DNA from: Chiloscyllium plagiosum
Taxonomy: Eukaryota
Assembly (NCBI RefSeq): GCF_004010195.1
Contig: NC_057719.1
Location: 68,227,873 to 68,291,872, forward strand
Length of the DNA stretch: 64,000 nt
Reading direction: 5' to 3'
This document shows positions 1 through 12,459 of this stretch, piece by piece. The notes under the pieces were generated by a model. That model was not told the DNA's origin. It saw only the letters and a program-made list of their open reading frames with translations, and made no database searches. Within the stretch, counting starts at the first letter, position 1, and each line of letters starts with the position of its first letter. A program made the translations under genes and the position numbers.

Positions 1-705
1 GACCTTGGCTTTTCACCGTATTCATGCCCTTCATGATTTTATAAACCTGTACAAGATCATCACTCAGCCTCCAACACTCCAGGGAAAATAACTCCAGCCT
101 ATTCAGCCTCTCCTCCAGCTCCAACCCTGGCAACAACCTTGTAAATGTTTTCTGAAACCTTTCAAGTTTCACAACATCCTTCCAACAGCAGGGAGACCAG
201 AATTGCATGCACTATTCCAAAAGTAGCCTAACTAATGTCCTGTACTGCCACAACCTGACCTCCCAATTCCTAAACTCAATGCTCTGACGAATAAGGCCTT
301 TAGACTTTACCCCTTTTCCCTTAAACCTATGTCACCTCAACTGACATTTCTATTGTTGGAAAAACAGACTCTGACTATCTATTCTATCTATAACTATCTG
401 GTGCCCCCTCAGCCTTCGATGTTCAAGTAAAAACAAACCAAGTTTGTCTAATCTCTCCTCCTAGCTAATCGCCTCCAAACCAAGCAACATCCTGGTAAAC
501 CTTTTCTGCACCGTCTCCAAAGCCTCTACATCCTTCTGGTAATGTGGCAACTAGATATGTACACAATATTCCAAATATGGCCTAGCTAAAGTTCCATACA
601 GCTGCCACATGGCTTGCAATTTTTGTACTGTATGGTCCATCTGATGAAGGCAAGTATGCCGTATGCCTTTTTGGCTAACTTATCCACTTGTGTTGCCACT
701 TGCAG
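1..705 (-). mobile_element. Two adjacent decayed CR1 LINE ORF2 3' fragments (1-297, ~300-705)
   Basis: Reverse complement resembles the CR1 ORF2 C-terminal region (LYRTLVRP.LEY..QFWSP, LER.Q.RFTRMLPG, LGLFSLE) seen intact in ORFs 20890..21873 and 24598..25071; interrupted by stops. Confidence 0.85.
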
Positions 706-1483
706 GGAAAATAAGTGTGAAATTATTCACTTTGCTAGAAAAAAAGAGAAAGGCAGAATATTTTTTACTTGATGTGAGTCTGGGAAATGCCGGTATCCTA
801 AAGGATCTGGGTGTCCTTTCTATGAGTCACTATGTGCTGGCATGCTGGTACAACAAGCAATTACAACAACAAATGATATATTGGCATTCGTGTCAAGGTG
901 ATTTGAGTGCAGAAGTAAAGGTGTCTTGCTGCAGTTCTTCAGCATCTTGGTGACACTGGATCTGGAGTATTATGAGCAGTTTTGGTTCTTTTACCTAAGG
1001 AAGGACATACATTTCATAGAGGAAGTGCATGGCGAGGTGCCAAATTAATCCCTTGAATGGCAGAATTGTTTTATGAAGATGTGGCACCTCTATTCTCTAT
1101 AGTTTCAAGAAAGACGGGTGATGTCTTTGAAAAGTTAAAAATTCTTACTGGGCTTGACAGGGTGGATTATAGATAGGCTATCGTCCTACTCGTTCTTCTA
1201 GTCACAGGAGAATAATCTCAGAATAAGGGCAGACCATTTAAGACTGAAATGAAGAGGAATTTCTGCATTCAGAGGATGGTGAATTTTTGCAATTCTTTAC
1301 CTCAGAGAGCTGTAGAAGATCAATCATTGACCATGTGCAAGTCAGACATCAATAGATTTCTGCAGACTAACGATGTTGAAGGACATGGAGATAGTGTGGG
1401 AAGATTACATTGAGGTAGATGATCAGCTGTTATCTAGAATGGCAGAGAATCCTTCGTTGGCTGACTGGCCTAATACTGTTTCT
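706..1483 (+). mobile_element. Old CR1 LINE 3' fragment
   Basis: Degenerate KCEIIHF, DLGV, LEYYEQFW motifs, 'ccatttaagactgaaatgaagaggaatttc' and a CR1-type 3' UTR. Confidence 0.8.
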
Positions 1484-1499
1484 TTGTTTCTGCGAGACT

Positions 1500-2100
1500 G
1501 GAATAGAAGGAGAATGAGAAACTGGGTCGGAGCAGCTTCTGTTTGGCAGGGTGATGGGGGCAGAAGGGATAAACTTGTGGGGGGATGGAGAGAGAGATTG
1601 AGATGGAGGAAGAGAGAAAACTGGGAGGAAGAGACACACACTGAGACAGAGGTGGAAACTGGGATAGTGGAAGGTAGAGAGTGGCACACTAAGATAGAGA
1701 AATTGCCAAGAAAGAGAGAGATTGAGACACTGGGATTGAGCTTGTGATAGACAGACTAGGATAGGAAGGGAGAGAGAGAGCGAGAGACTGAATGAGGGAG
1801 GTGTACTGGATTAGAGAGAAGTGAGAGACTAAGAAGGCAGAGAGGCTGAGATAATGGGACAGTCTGAAATATAGAGTCTTTGATAGACAGAGAGATGGAG
1901 ACTAGAATAGAGATTAGGATAGAGGGAGAGTCTGGGATTGAGGGACAGATAGATGGCAAGACAGAGAGAGAAAGAGAAAGAAATTAGGATTGAAGGAAAT
2001 GAGAGATTTGAAAGAGACAGAGAATGAAATGGAAGAAGAGATTGGTATAACAGGAGGCTCTGCATGGATAGAGACTGAGATAGAGTGAGAGACACTGGAA
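1500..2100. repeat. GA-rich low-complexity/polypurine tract
   Basis: Imperfect (GA)n/GAGA(C/T) repeats; overlapping ORFs are compositionally biased artefacts. Confidence 0.85.
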
Positions 2101-3039
2101 TTCACTGTGTGATGTAAACCATGGGACTTATATGCATGCTTTTTAATGATATTTGGGGTGAGTTTAGGTCGGGATTTTGAATTAATAATGCTGTTTCTTC
2201 TCCGCGTCCGAAGTGAATAATGAAATTGTAAGGACCATGGCAATGAATTTTAAAAATATATTTTTGAAGTCTGGCTGTAGATTGAACGGATTTGTGCACG
2301 AATGGCTCAGCATGGTACATAATAGGGCCTCAAAGATTTGTTAGAGGGAGTTCTGTAATTTTTTTAAGCTTAAGGGAAACATAATAACTCAGATACTCTT
2401 AATTTCAGTTTTAACTTTGAGTAGTGTTAAACAGAATGGCTGGAAAGAGCAGTGCTCGCAAGAATATAGTGAGTTAGGTCCTTAGATGAAGAATTCATGT
2501 AAGTTTTAATTCAAATAAAGACATGTAAGTGTTTAAGCTAAGGGCAGTGGAGCTCAAGTGTATGATAACTCCTGGAAGAAGCAATTGCAGTTTCAGTTTA
2601 TCAATTGAAGCCTCGACTGACTCAAACATACCAAGGTGTTGGATCTGGGGATTAAACTGTGAATACAGTGTGAGTGGTGTTTGTACTGTACCAAGGATGA
2701 GTTTTGGATACTATACAAAAACTGTTTTGTTTCTTTTCATTTTATAAAGGAGTGTTTTGGGATTAATGGGATTATATTTTTACTGTGCTTAAAACATTTG
2801 AGTTTGTATTGTCATTAGAGAGTTTGATTTCCTCTTACAGTACAAAGATGATTTGTTCTATTTTGTAACATACTTCAATTTTGTTGTAAAAACAACATCT
2901 GCATGATTGTCAGCTTCTGGTTCAGCGAGAGACCACTTAGTTAAAACCAAAACAAGTAAGAGAGAGACCCCCACCTAGAGTACATTGTGCACCCTTGCTA
3001 GACTCAGTGCTTCTGAAAAAAAGTGGTGTTCAACATTGA

Positions 3040-3370
3040 AGATTACTGATTGATTAGTTGAGGGTGAGTGCGGTACTTCGCATTCAACAGAAGGTTTTCT
3101 TGTTCAGGTTTCCCTGATGCCATGAGATATCATGGGGACAGAGTCAGTGTGACAGATTCCCAGACAACTCCCTCCTGACTATATACAATTGCACAGCTAC
3201 TACTGCTTGAGCTGTCCTGCATTATGCTGTTGGTGTCTGGGATATTGTTTGTTTGGTATTTTTCCATGCGTATGACTATGCCAATGTGTTGCTTCACTAG
3301 TGAGACAGTTCTCCCAATTTTGGCACGAGCCCCCAGATACTGGTGAGGAGGATATTACAGGGATATTTGT
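3040..3370 (-). mobile_element. AP-endonuclease fragment of a second CR1-clade LINE family
   Basis: Reverse complement reads like GLVPKLGELSH.. IVI.. IP, an APE N-terminal pattern; frameshifted. Probably the same family as 45595-45781/47830-48270 (inference). Confidence 0.6.
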
Positions 3371-3397
3371 AGCAGGTTGATACAACTAAGTAGTCTG

Positions 3398-3625
3398 CAG
3401 GGCCAGTTCAGAGGGCAGTTCAGAGTCAACCACATTGCTCTGGGTCTGGAGTCACATGTGAGCCTGAGCAGGTAAGGATGGCAGATTCCCTTCACTGAAG
3501 GACATTGATGAAGCAGATGGGATTTTACAGCAATGGACAATGCTTTCAAGGTCATTGACTTTTAATTCCATGTATTTTATAAAATTCATAATCCGCCATG
3601 GCCTTGGTGAGTTTTGAACCCATGC
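3398..3625 (-). mobile_element. tRNA-headed SINE, window family B (partial)
   Basis: Reverse complement of the body seen at 13151-13505 and 42865-43206 (agagtcaaccacattgct..gggtctggagtcacatgt..ggtaaggatggcagatt). Confidence 0.8.
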
Positions 3626-3974
3626 AGAGTCCTTTTGTCTTCTGCCCAGGTTAGCATGAATTTTCGGATGCTTTAATGTTACGGGACAGATTGTAAGCCA
3701 GAAGACCTGTGCTCATTGCTTCAATTACAGGACAACTCTGTATGTGGCACTTGTGGCAGACTTTTCCTTTCCAACATTGACTTGTTCAGTGATCAAAAGG
3801 GGTGCAGTAGATGATCTCATCTAACTTCAGCAAAGTTCCAAGGCGGCATTCCCATCATCTCTCACCAATGGAATGACTCTGAATGATTGATGGCCATGCA
3901 GCCAGGATAACTCCTTTTTTAGACTATTTGGAACATAGGAAATAATGTCTCAGGATCACTTATGTTCTTAGGAG

Positions 3975-4155
3975 AGTGAGATGGGCCTTGGTTTAATATT
4001 TCATTTCAAAGAAAATTATCTCCAAGAGTGTAGCACTACTTTAGTACTGCACTGGAATGTTAGTCTAGGTTTGTACTCAAGTGTCTGACTCAGCTCTTGA
4101 ACTCACAATCTTCTAACTGAGAAGTGAGAGTGCTGATCACTGAGCCACATCTGAT
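3975..4155 (-). mobile_element. DeuSINE-type (SacSINE1/AmnSINE1-like) SINE, 5' part
   Basis: Reverse complement gives a tRNA-like head followed by 'ccagtgcagtact..agt.gtgct.cact' and 'taaacc.aggccc', typical of the Deu-domain family. Confidence 0.6.
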
Positions 4156-5069
4156 AGTTGTCCCATTCTGTCTGAGTTTCCCATTGACAACTGTCTGAGC
4201 ACAATTATGATGTGGCTCCATTCTAAAAATGGACTGTAATTGACATCAGCAAAATGCCACAATTGTAATAGCTCAACTTTGAATTAACTCACGGTTGGTT
4301 GTTTCCGAGAGGGAAATAAATTTTATTGGTTACTAAATAAGTCAATAAAACGCAAAGCAAATGCTAAATTATAAATCACACTATGAGCTAGTGGAAATAG
4401 CTATGGCTGCCTGTGATATAACTGAAATCAGAGCAGTTTTCTTTTCATTCTTTTACTGATCTGAATGTCAGGACTACATTGATACATTGGTCTATAGGGT
4501 TTGTGCTCACAGGCATAGCAAACACAGCTCAGCAGCCATTTAGCAAGACCTTCCATAAAGCTAAGCAGTGCTGCCTGCTAGTTAGGTCAGAAAACTGGGT
4601 TGTGGGGCCGCTGATGGGGCAAAATTACTCTCTGGCAGAGATGTTGAACCATTTCCTGCAAGGGGCCACTTTTCAACTATTTTGCACACAAGAAGCTGCC
4701 AAACAAATTTCAGAAGATAAGATTTGGTACAACATTAAACACTAATTTAAAAAAAAATGTCAAAGCAATAAATTGATAATTTATAAAAAGGAATAATTAA
4801 TAAATATGACCACGAAAAATTAGCAAACATTAGAAGCTACCTCACCTTTTAAATTAAGAAGCAGAGCTAGAGAGACAAACCAGGCCACAAATCCTGATTC
4901 CAAAGAAAGGGATGGGACTGGGAAGTACAAAGGAGTTAGTCACAACTATCACTGACCTTGCATGTGCTTCTGGTGGCATGCACTTTAAGCTGGCCTTGGT
5001 AGAATTCATTGAAAGGTGAAGAGCAAAAGCAGCTTGCCTGTTAGCGTCAGTTTTACCTTCTCCTGGCCT

Positions 5070-5702
5070 TAACAAAGAACAGTACAGCACGGGAATAGCC
5101 CCCTTGGCCCACCAAGCCAATGCTGCACATGATGCGTTTTGCCGCTACACGATCTGTATCCCTTTATTCCCTGCCTATTCATGTATTTGTCAAGATATCT
5201 CTCAAACATTGCTATTGTAACTGCTTCCTACCACTTCCTCTGACAATGCATTCCTGGCCGGATCTTTGTAAAAACTTGCCTCTCACATCTCCTTTGAACT
5301 TTCCCCCTTTTACCTTAAACTTATGTGCCCTAGCAATTGACATTTCTACCTTAGAAAAAAAAGACTCTGACTATCCATTCTATCCATGCCTCTTGTAATT
5401 TTGCAAACCTCTACCAGGTTGACCATCGGCTTCTAATGTTTAAATGAAAATAAACCAAGTTTGCCCAATCTCTCCTCATAGCTCAAGCCTCCAAACCAGG
5501 CAACATCCTGGTAAACCTTTTCAGTAGCCTCTCCAAAGCCTTCACATCCTTCTGTTAATTTAACTAGCAAAACTGTATGCAATATTCCAATTGTGGCCAA
5601 ATAAAAGTTCCACACAGCTGCAACATGGCTTGCTTCTTATACTCTATGCCTTGACCAATGAAAGCAAGCATGTCATACACCTATTTGATCACCTTAGCCT
5701 GC
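5070..5702 (-). mobile_element. CR1 LINE 3' fragment
   Basis: Starts with the reverse-complemented CR1 tail (aacaaagaacagtacagcac); ORF 5433..5615 contains LSYEERLGKLGLFS. Confidence 0.85.
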
Positions 5703-6899
5703 TTTGTGGATAGGCTTTTGAGGTTGAAGGAAGGGAAGGTTGCATGTGTGTATATAACCAGATGACTGCGATCTCCAGGTTCCCACTTTCATTCATGAAT
5801 ATCCTCCCACATTCTCCATTCCACAGACTAACTTCCTCTCGTAGACTCACTCAGTCCCTTTCAGACTCAACCTCAGACTCTCTCCAATAGATTCACTCAC
5901 TTTCATAGACCCACTAATTCACTCATTCCCCTGGCCCCATAAGGTTCAGTTATTTTAGTTCCTGTTGCTGTAGCTCCACTTTCCCATGTCCTCTGTGGCT
6001 TGCCCTGCCATCTTGATCCCTGTGTTTCTTTGTGAGGGGACTGGAGAGGACCATAGAAGGGAGGGCATAGCTAACAATGGGGTGGCCTTGGATGAGGCAG
6101 AGAGCTCACCCTGCCTGTGAGAGCAAAAGAGAAACTATTCATCTTCACACTTGTTGCTGTTCCTCTGATCAGGTGAGACTGCCACCAGCATATGCAGGGG
6201 AGACATGGCTTGGGATTGGAGGAATAACTCCTTGAGAATCAGTTATTTCCATTTCCTTGCAATTTGAACAGTGGTTCCATGGGTCGCACAGAGAGACATG
6301 ATGGGCTAGATCCTGCACAATTTTGAACAGGCCAGCTCTATGATTGCCAGTCCTCCAGGGTTGCCCAACAATCCCTCAACTTAATATGAGTTTCCTGGAC
6401 CCTACCGCATGAAAGCAAGATGAGCAGTCAAAAGGGCATTTGAAAAAGGTGTTTTCGTTTTCATTTTCATTGAATATTTTTCTTTGTTATTTAATAAAAT
6501 AATGATTATGTTTAACTGAATGAGGCAGAAGGAGGGAGGGATTACATATGGATACTTCTGGAATATGCCAAAGCCACCAGTATCTGGTCAGACTTGTACT
6601 CTCGAAGTAAGCGGCCTAATTGTTGTTGCAGCAGCAAAAAGACAGTTAAAGGAAAGGCTTGAGACTGTCAGCAGACTAGGAACATCAGTGAAATCGTAGG
6701 AGATCCAAATAGAGTCAGGATAACTCTCTTAGTGAGAGTATCGAGAATTAGTTCCTAGTGATGATGAATGGATTTCAATAAGAAATGAAATGATTTGACA
6801 CAAAAATAAATCATTGGAGGAAAAACTAAAAGCAGCATATGGACCAACAGCTGTATTCAAATAAAACTCCTCAGCTTTGGCTGAATTTGTTCTTACATT

Positions 6900-7225
6900 G
6901 AACATCTGCTCATTTCGCTCCACTCATTTCTTCCAAATAAAAGATATTGCTCTGGGAATCTATACACATTCTACAGTCCTACTATATGGCTTCACTCAAC
7001 AATGTACATCAGTGACACTTTCTGCTTTCACTTCAAAGTCATTGACTTGGTTTCCAATTTTTACCTTACCTTTGCCTTCACGTGGCTCAACTCCCTTCAA
7101 CAACTTCTCTCTCTCCAATTCTGAGAGTGGACAATCACTGGTATGTACTGCATTATGATGCTCCTGTGCAGCACCTTGGGGCATTTTATTATGTTGAAGG
7201 TGTTATATCAATTTAAGTTGTTGCA
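6900..7225 (+). mobile_element. Highly decayed L2-like LINE 3' remnant
   Basis: Residual HFFQIKDIA and LTWFPI similarity to L2 ORF2, and an L2-type tail 'ctcctgtgcagcaccttggggcattttattatgttgaaggtgttatatcaatttaagttgttg'. Confidence 0.45.
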
Positions 7226-7319
7226 TTTATACCTTGGTTCTGCTTGTCCATTAAGCCTTTCTCTCTTCCATCCTATCTCAGATTTTGTCCTTTCCTCCGC
7301 CTATGTGCCTTCCCCCTCT

Positions 7320-7460
7320 TCTGTATTTGCTTAAAAATAATTTCATCTCTAAATTTTTCCAGTTCTGAAGAAAAAGGTCACTGACCTGATGTGTTTACTC
7401 TTTGTCTTTCCACTGACGCTGGCTGACTTGCTGAGTATTTCCACAAGTTTGTGTTTTTAA
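7320..7460 (+). mobile_element. Penelope-associated terminal-repeat fragment with decayed hammerhead motif
   Basis: agttCTGAAGA..aggtc act gacct, followed by the gatgctg..gac.tgctgagt.tttcca tail shared with 14526-14587, 44120-44220 and 50695-50760. Confidence 0.6.
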
Positions 7461-8285
7461 TAACACTGCAACTCAGAACTATCCTATTAAAATGTTGAAC
7501 AGGGGCAGGATTTCCAGCAGGATGGGAAAGATGAAAATCATTATATATACATAAAGGTAATTCTAACCCAACCTACCAATTGTGAAACTCCTGGTTGGGT
7601 TAGCTAGCCACTTTAATCCTAGAATAATTTACGCTCCATGAAGTCAAGTATATATAAAATCAGGTGGTATGTAAAACTGCACCCTTACCAAACCAAGCAG
7701 TACCAAACCTGGCAATTTAAGTCAAAATTAATTTTAATGTTGCTTTCTCACATCCATGGCTAGTTACAGACATTTTTGAACATACTTCCAGTGACCATGG
7801 ACCTAATCAGAATTACACCGTTCTATCATTTGGCAGGGTAGTAAAATAAAACTTCTACCAGGATAAAAAAAACAAAAAGAAAACCAGCTTAAATGCAGTG
7901 CAAACAGAGTAGGTGATGCATAGCATTAGGGTAAGAGCCCAGTGTCACTGAGATGAAGATATGGCTTTCAATCTTTGTGTTCCTAACATGTTCTTTGTTG
8001 CTGTGTTAGTCCAAGAGAAGTTTAGGCATTTTCCTTGGTGAAAAATGTCAGGAAAGTCTTTTTCAGCCTACTAGCTGTTGGCAGTAATTAAGGTCTGGGA
8101 AAAGGTTATCCAATTTCCTGTTCAGTCACAATTGGATAAAGGCATATTAGGGATGGGGGAAGTGAGAACGAAGAAATTAATGCCTCATAAAGGTTTGATT
8201 AGAAGTGAATTTTGTAATATTAAATGAAAATGATCGAGCCTTCTTCAAATACACCCCCTGAGATCTTCGAGTGTTATTTTTCAAA

Positions 8286-8995
8286 CTCTTCTTCTTAAGC
8301 AGTGTCTCAGGGCGAAGGATGGCTTGCTTCCTCTTTACTTTGATAGGTTCTCAGGTGCCTGATCAATCCAATGTGTAATCTGCAGACACTGATGCATCTC
8401 GGAAAGGTTGTGTTTGAAGAAGCAGGTAGGTAGACTGTTTGGAGGTTTGTGCTTTGTCTGATGCCTCAACTTTATCTCCACATGTTCGGACAAAATCCCT
8501 CGATGCGTTCACTCCCTTCCTGAATGAACGGTCTCCACTTTGGTTCACCACAAGTCAGGGTCTCCCATGAGGCAACAAGTATATTCAACTTCTTCAGGGG
8601 AGTCCTGGGGATATCTTTAAAGTGTTTCAGCTCTCCTCTTCCTCAGTGATCAATTGCCATAACAAAGTTGCAAGGAGGAAAGTTTTTTTGGGAGAATGGT
8701 ATTCAGCATATGAATTGCACATCCTGCCCAGTGGAGCTGAGTTTGAGTCAGTAGCATCTTGAAACTGAACAAGGGAGAAAGTACTACTGTCGGACAGCCT
8801 TCATTGCTGCCACATTTGGAGGATTTTCTGAAGGCACCATTGATGTGTGCGTGAGATGCCAGCTGTGGGTTGTCTACGTAGCCAAAGAATAGAAGAATAA
8901 TATGATCACCGCTACCTAGTAAAACATGGTCTGAGTCGTTGATTTGAGATCATGGTCCTCAAATACTCTTATTGAAAGGACAGACAGCTTTTAAC
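8286..8995 (-). mobile_element. RTE-clade LINE 3' fragment
   Basis: Reverse complement translates with stops to HQWCLQKIL, TQLHWAG, LPKK, SWETL and KWR motifs of the RTE ORF C-terminus; (GAA)n-type tail seen as 'cttcttctt' near 8288. Confidence 0.75.
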
Positions 8996-9014
8996 TCAGC
9001 TCTGCTGGGTTCTG

Positions 9015-9290
9015 CTTCTGTCAGAATGACTCAGATTCAAGCCTCTCCCCAGGGTTTGAGCACATAATCTAGGCTGACATATAAATGCATTTCCGAAAGA
9101 ATGCTGAATTGGTGAAAAGATCATCTTACTGATTAGATGTAAAAATCAGGCCCCAATTGCTTGTTCAGATGAAAATAAGGGATCCTATAGCACTATTCAA
9201 AGAGGGAGCATCCATTTCTCTTTATGTTCTGACTAGAACATCATCCTTTGTACAAGCACTATTGAAAATAGTGTGACCGATTTGCTGTTT
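9015..9290 (+). mobile_element. DeuSINE-type SINE (decayed)
   Basis: 'tgagcacataatctaggctgaca', 'agatgtaaaaatcaggcccc' and 'gatcctatagcactattcaaaga' resemble the Deu domain. Confidence 0.6.
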
Positions 9291-9324
9291 CAAAACTAAT
9301 TTGGTATTTAGTTTGCTGTATGGT

Positions 9325-9600
9325 AACACTCGCAGAAGACAGAGAGTAATCGTATATTGGACATTTATCGGGGTTGGTAAGCTGGAAGTATTGAGGTATC
9401 ACAAAGATCAGTACTTGAGCCTCAAATATTTTCAACCTGTATCAGTGGCTTAGATATAGGAGATTGAGTAGAATATATCCAGGTTTGTTGTAGCTGGGAA
9501 AATGAGGCAGCAAGGTTGCAGTGGGGTATGTAAGTGGGTAAGAACATCTCAGGTGAAATACAATGCTCTGAAGTCCCAGTTATCCACTTTGGTAGGAAAA
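9325..9600 (+). mobile_element. Old CR1 RT fragment, resuming at ~10750 and 10960-11583
   Basis: Degenerate RRQRV, QRSVL.P and ISRF motifs ending in 'cactttggtaggaaaa'. Confidence 0.65.
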
Positions 9601-9964
9601 CCTTTTATGGTTATAACATTAATTTTATTTTGTGATGATAGTTTCAAATCGAGAGAAAATGCAAGAGTACTGTGAGCAATTCTGAAATTGCCCAATAACA
9701 AAGCTGTATGGCTGGTTGCTAGTGATCATAGAAAGGCTTAGTTCATTTCATTGAGAAGAAGACGAAAGGTATGGACACTGGGAGACAATGGCATTAGTCT
9801 CTGAGTCTCAAAAAAGTCTCAGGAAGGTGTGCAAGCTACTAGGTTGTAAGCAGTTATGCTGCAAACTATCCATTTGCTCTGAAGAAGAAAGACAGTTAAG
9901 GTCAAGAATGGCTAATTAGCATTTGCACCTCAGTACACAAATTGGTTTAGCCATGGGGAAGAGG

Positions 9965-10103
9965 CTCGCAGCCTCATTCTGATGAAGGGCTTTTGCCCAA
10001 AACATTGATTTTTCTGCACCTTGGATGCTGCCTGACCTGCTGTGCTTTTCCAACACCACTCTAATCTTGACTCTAATTTCCAGCATCTGCAGTACCCACT
10101 TCT
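9965..10103 (+). mobile_element. 139-bp Penelope-derived insert with minimal hammerhead motif and ~15-bp TSD
   Basis: CTGATGA (9979-9985), stem GGGC-TTTT-GCCC, then aaaac att; flanked by GCCATGGGGAAGAGG (9950-9964) and GCCATGAGGGAGAGG (10104-10118). Confidence 0.75.
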
Positions 10104-10959
10104 GCCATGAGGGAGAGGAAGACATTTTTGAAATTAGGTTGCTGGCATCCCTACAAATCAGTAAATTCCAAAGACAAACAGCAGGAAGGGTATGTGGTCA
10201 GCAGAGAGAAAATGCAGCTTGACTTTGCAAGCTACACAGCCTGATACAGGAGTGAGACTGTCTCTAGTTGAAAAGATTCTCTCTTCATCCTTCTACAGAT
10301 TCTAGGAGATTTGTTCTGGCATCACTATGAGGAAGAAGGAACCGTGAAAGATACTTATTGCTGGTAATAAAACTGAGGAAAACGCCTAAAATGGTTACTA
10401 GAATTAGCGACTTGACAAAATAGTAGTACAGAAATATTTTGGAATCTGAGAGAAATTGTACACTGCGTTCTTAAAAAGACTGTAATTCTGTGCAGAGCAT
10501 GATACATACATGTCATATTCTGTGGTTGAAGTATAATTTGCATACAAAACAAAAACAGTGTTTAGTCAAAATTGTTCTTTAGTTATTTATTTCATTAATT
10601 ATTTGTCTAAAACATTTTAAGACACAGTATCTTTTAGATACTGCAATTTTAAATCTCTTTGGAAAGTTAAGGTTCTGTACAAGAACTGTAGCAAAACAAA
10701 AAAAATTATACTTTTTGAATGTTGAGTCTGAGAAACATTTGCAATCAGAGGAACTTGGGCATACTTGTACAAAAGTCACTGAAAGCTAACAAAGTAAATT
10801 TCAGGTAGAAAATTGTTTGATTTATAATTACCAATTGCACAGGGCTGTGGGGATGGGTGGATAAAAGGTGTCAACAAATTCAATCAGCCATGATCATATT
10901 GAATGGCAGGGCAAACTCAATGGGCTGAATGGTCTACTTCTGATCCTAAGCTACTAAAA

Positions 10960-11583
10960 TGCAAGCACAGCAAACAATTAGGAAAGCAAGTAATATGCTA
11001 AGTTTTTTGGCAAAAGGATTTAAATATAAGAACAATGAAGTCTTTCAACTCTTAGACATGGCATTGGTGAGACCATACCTAAGTACCTGCTTGCAGTTTT
11101 GGTCTCCTTACTTGAGGTAGTTCAATGCATTCAAGGTTCACTAGATTGGTTCTTGGAGTGTGGGGATTGTTATATGACTATTCAAGATCATATAAATGGC
11201 TTTGAGTTATGAAGAATGACACTTAATTTAATTGAAACACATCAAATTCTTAAGAGGCTTGACTAAGTAGGGGCTGAGAAAATATTTTCTCTGGCTGGGA
11301 AAAACAGAATAAGGCATCAGCCATTAATAAGGAGAAATTTCTACGCTGAAAAACATTATGAACCTTCAAAATTCTCTACCCCAGAGAGCTGCAGATTTTT
11401 AGTCATTGAGTGTACTTCAGACAGAGTTTAATACATTTTTTGATAACTGTTAATAAATGGAAAAAGTGGGAAGGTGGATTTGAGGTAAATGATCAGCATT
11501 GACTTTGTTAAATGGTGGAATAAGTGCAAAAGATCGTGCAAAGCGTCAATTGATCTTCCCATTCCTATTTTCTAAGCTCTGAT
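10960..11583 (+). mobile_element. Old CR1 LINE 3' fragment
   Basis: Degenerate QTIRKAS.ML, ALVRP and QFWSPYLR motifs plus a CR1 3' UTR. Confidence 0.75.
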
Positions 11584-11867
11584 GTGTAAACATTGGCTGC
11601 CATTGATCCATGTAGCAGTGACCAAATTTCACAAAGTAATTCAATAAGTGTGACAGGCTTGTGGGTTATATATAAAAATGGGACCATCATTGATTGAAAT
11701 GCAAATTCTTTTATTATGAGAAGTGTTGGTAACTATTCTTTGTTGCTGAAATCAGTTACGCATGAGAAATTGCAGGAAGAACTTTACTCACTGTATAGTT
11801 TAGTACATTGGAATTCCAGCAGCTTGAATCACTGTGCAATTTTTGAAAAGTCATTATCTTACAATGA

Positions 11868-12188
11868 GAATCTTAGAATCTCTACGGTGTAGAAGCAGTC
11901 CATTCGCCACCTCAAATCCACACTGACCCTCCGAAGATCATCCCATCACCCCCTAACCTATTCCCATAACCATGCGTATCCCATGGCTAATCCACCTAGC
12001 TTGCACATCCTGAACACTATTGGTAACTTAACCTGCACATCTTTGGACTGTGGGAAGAAACGGGAGCACCCAAAGGAAACCATGCAAACACGGGGAGAAT
12101 GTGCAAACTCCACACAGACAGTGACCCAAGGCTGGAATTGCACATGGGTCGCTGGCACTGTGAGGCTGCAGTGGTAACCACTGAACCA
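11868..12188 (-). mobile_element. HE1-like V-SINE
   Basis: Reverse complement of the V-domain (tgtgtggagtttgcacattctccccgtgt..ggtttcct..cccacagtccaaagatgtgcagg), a decayed tRNA-like head and a CR1-shared tail. Confidence 0.9.
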
Positions 12189-12396
12189 TCATCACAATTG
12201 TTTTGAAATTTAACTCTTCCATCTCATTTTGCAAAGTCCAGTGCTAAATCTATTATTCTGACATATCTGCAGCGTGGAAAATGTCACAATTAAAATTAAA
12301 CAAGGCACTGTTGGTTTATGACAGCAACTAAATTACTGCCTTTATTTCTAAAAATACGTCTCAATTTTAAACTTACTGAGCGCTTTTATTTTCCAG

Positions 12397-12459
12397 TATG
12401 ACCAGAATGTACGATAATTTCAACAGTGATGTACTGGAGCTTTGCTAAATAATGTTAAG
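12397..12459 (+). other. Candidate 63-nt exon (non-coding or stop-containing)
   Basis: Acceptor cgcttttattttccAG, branch-like tactgag upstream, and consensus donor AAG|GTAAGT; stops in all three frames. Confidence 0.35.

Noticed and set aside
1373..2243. Cluster of overlapping ORFs
   Set aside because: They arise from GA/TC low-complexity sequence with strongly biased composition.
6338..6730. Possible hAT-type MITE with GGTTGCCA-like ends
   Set aside because: Termini are too degenerate to pair and no TSD is visible.
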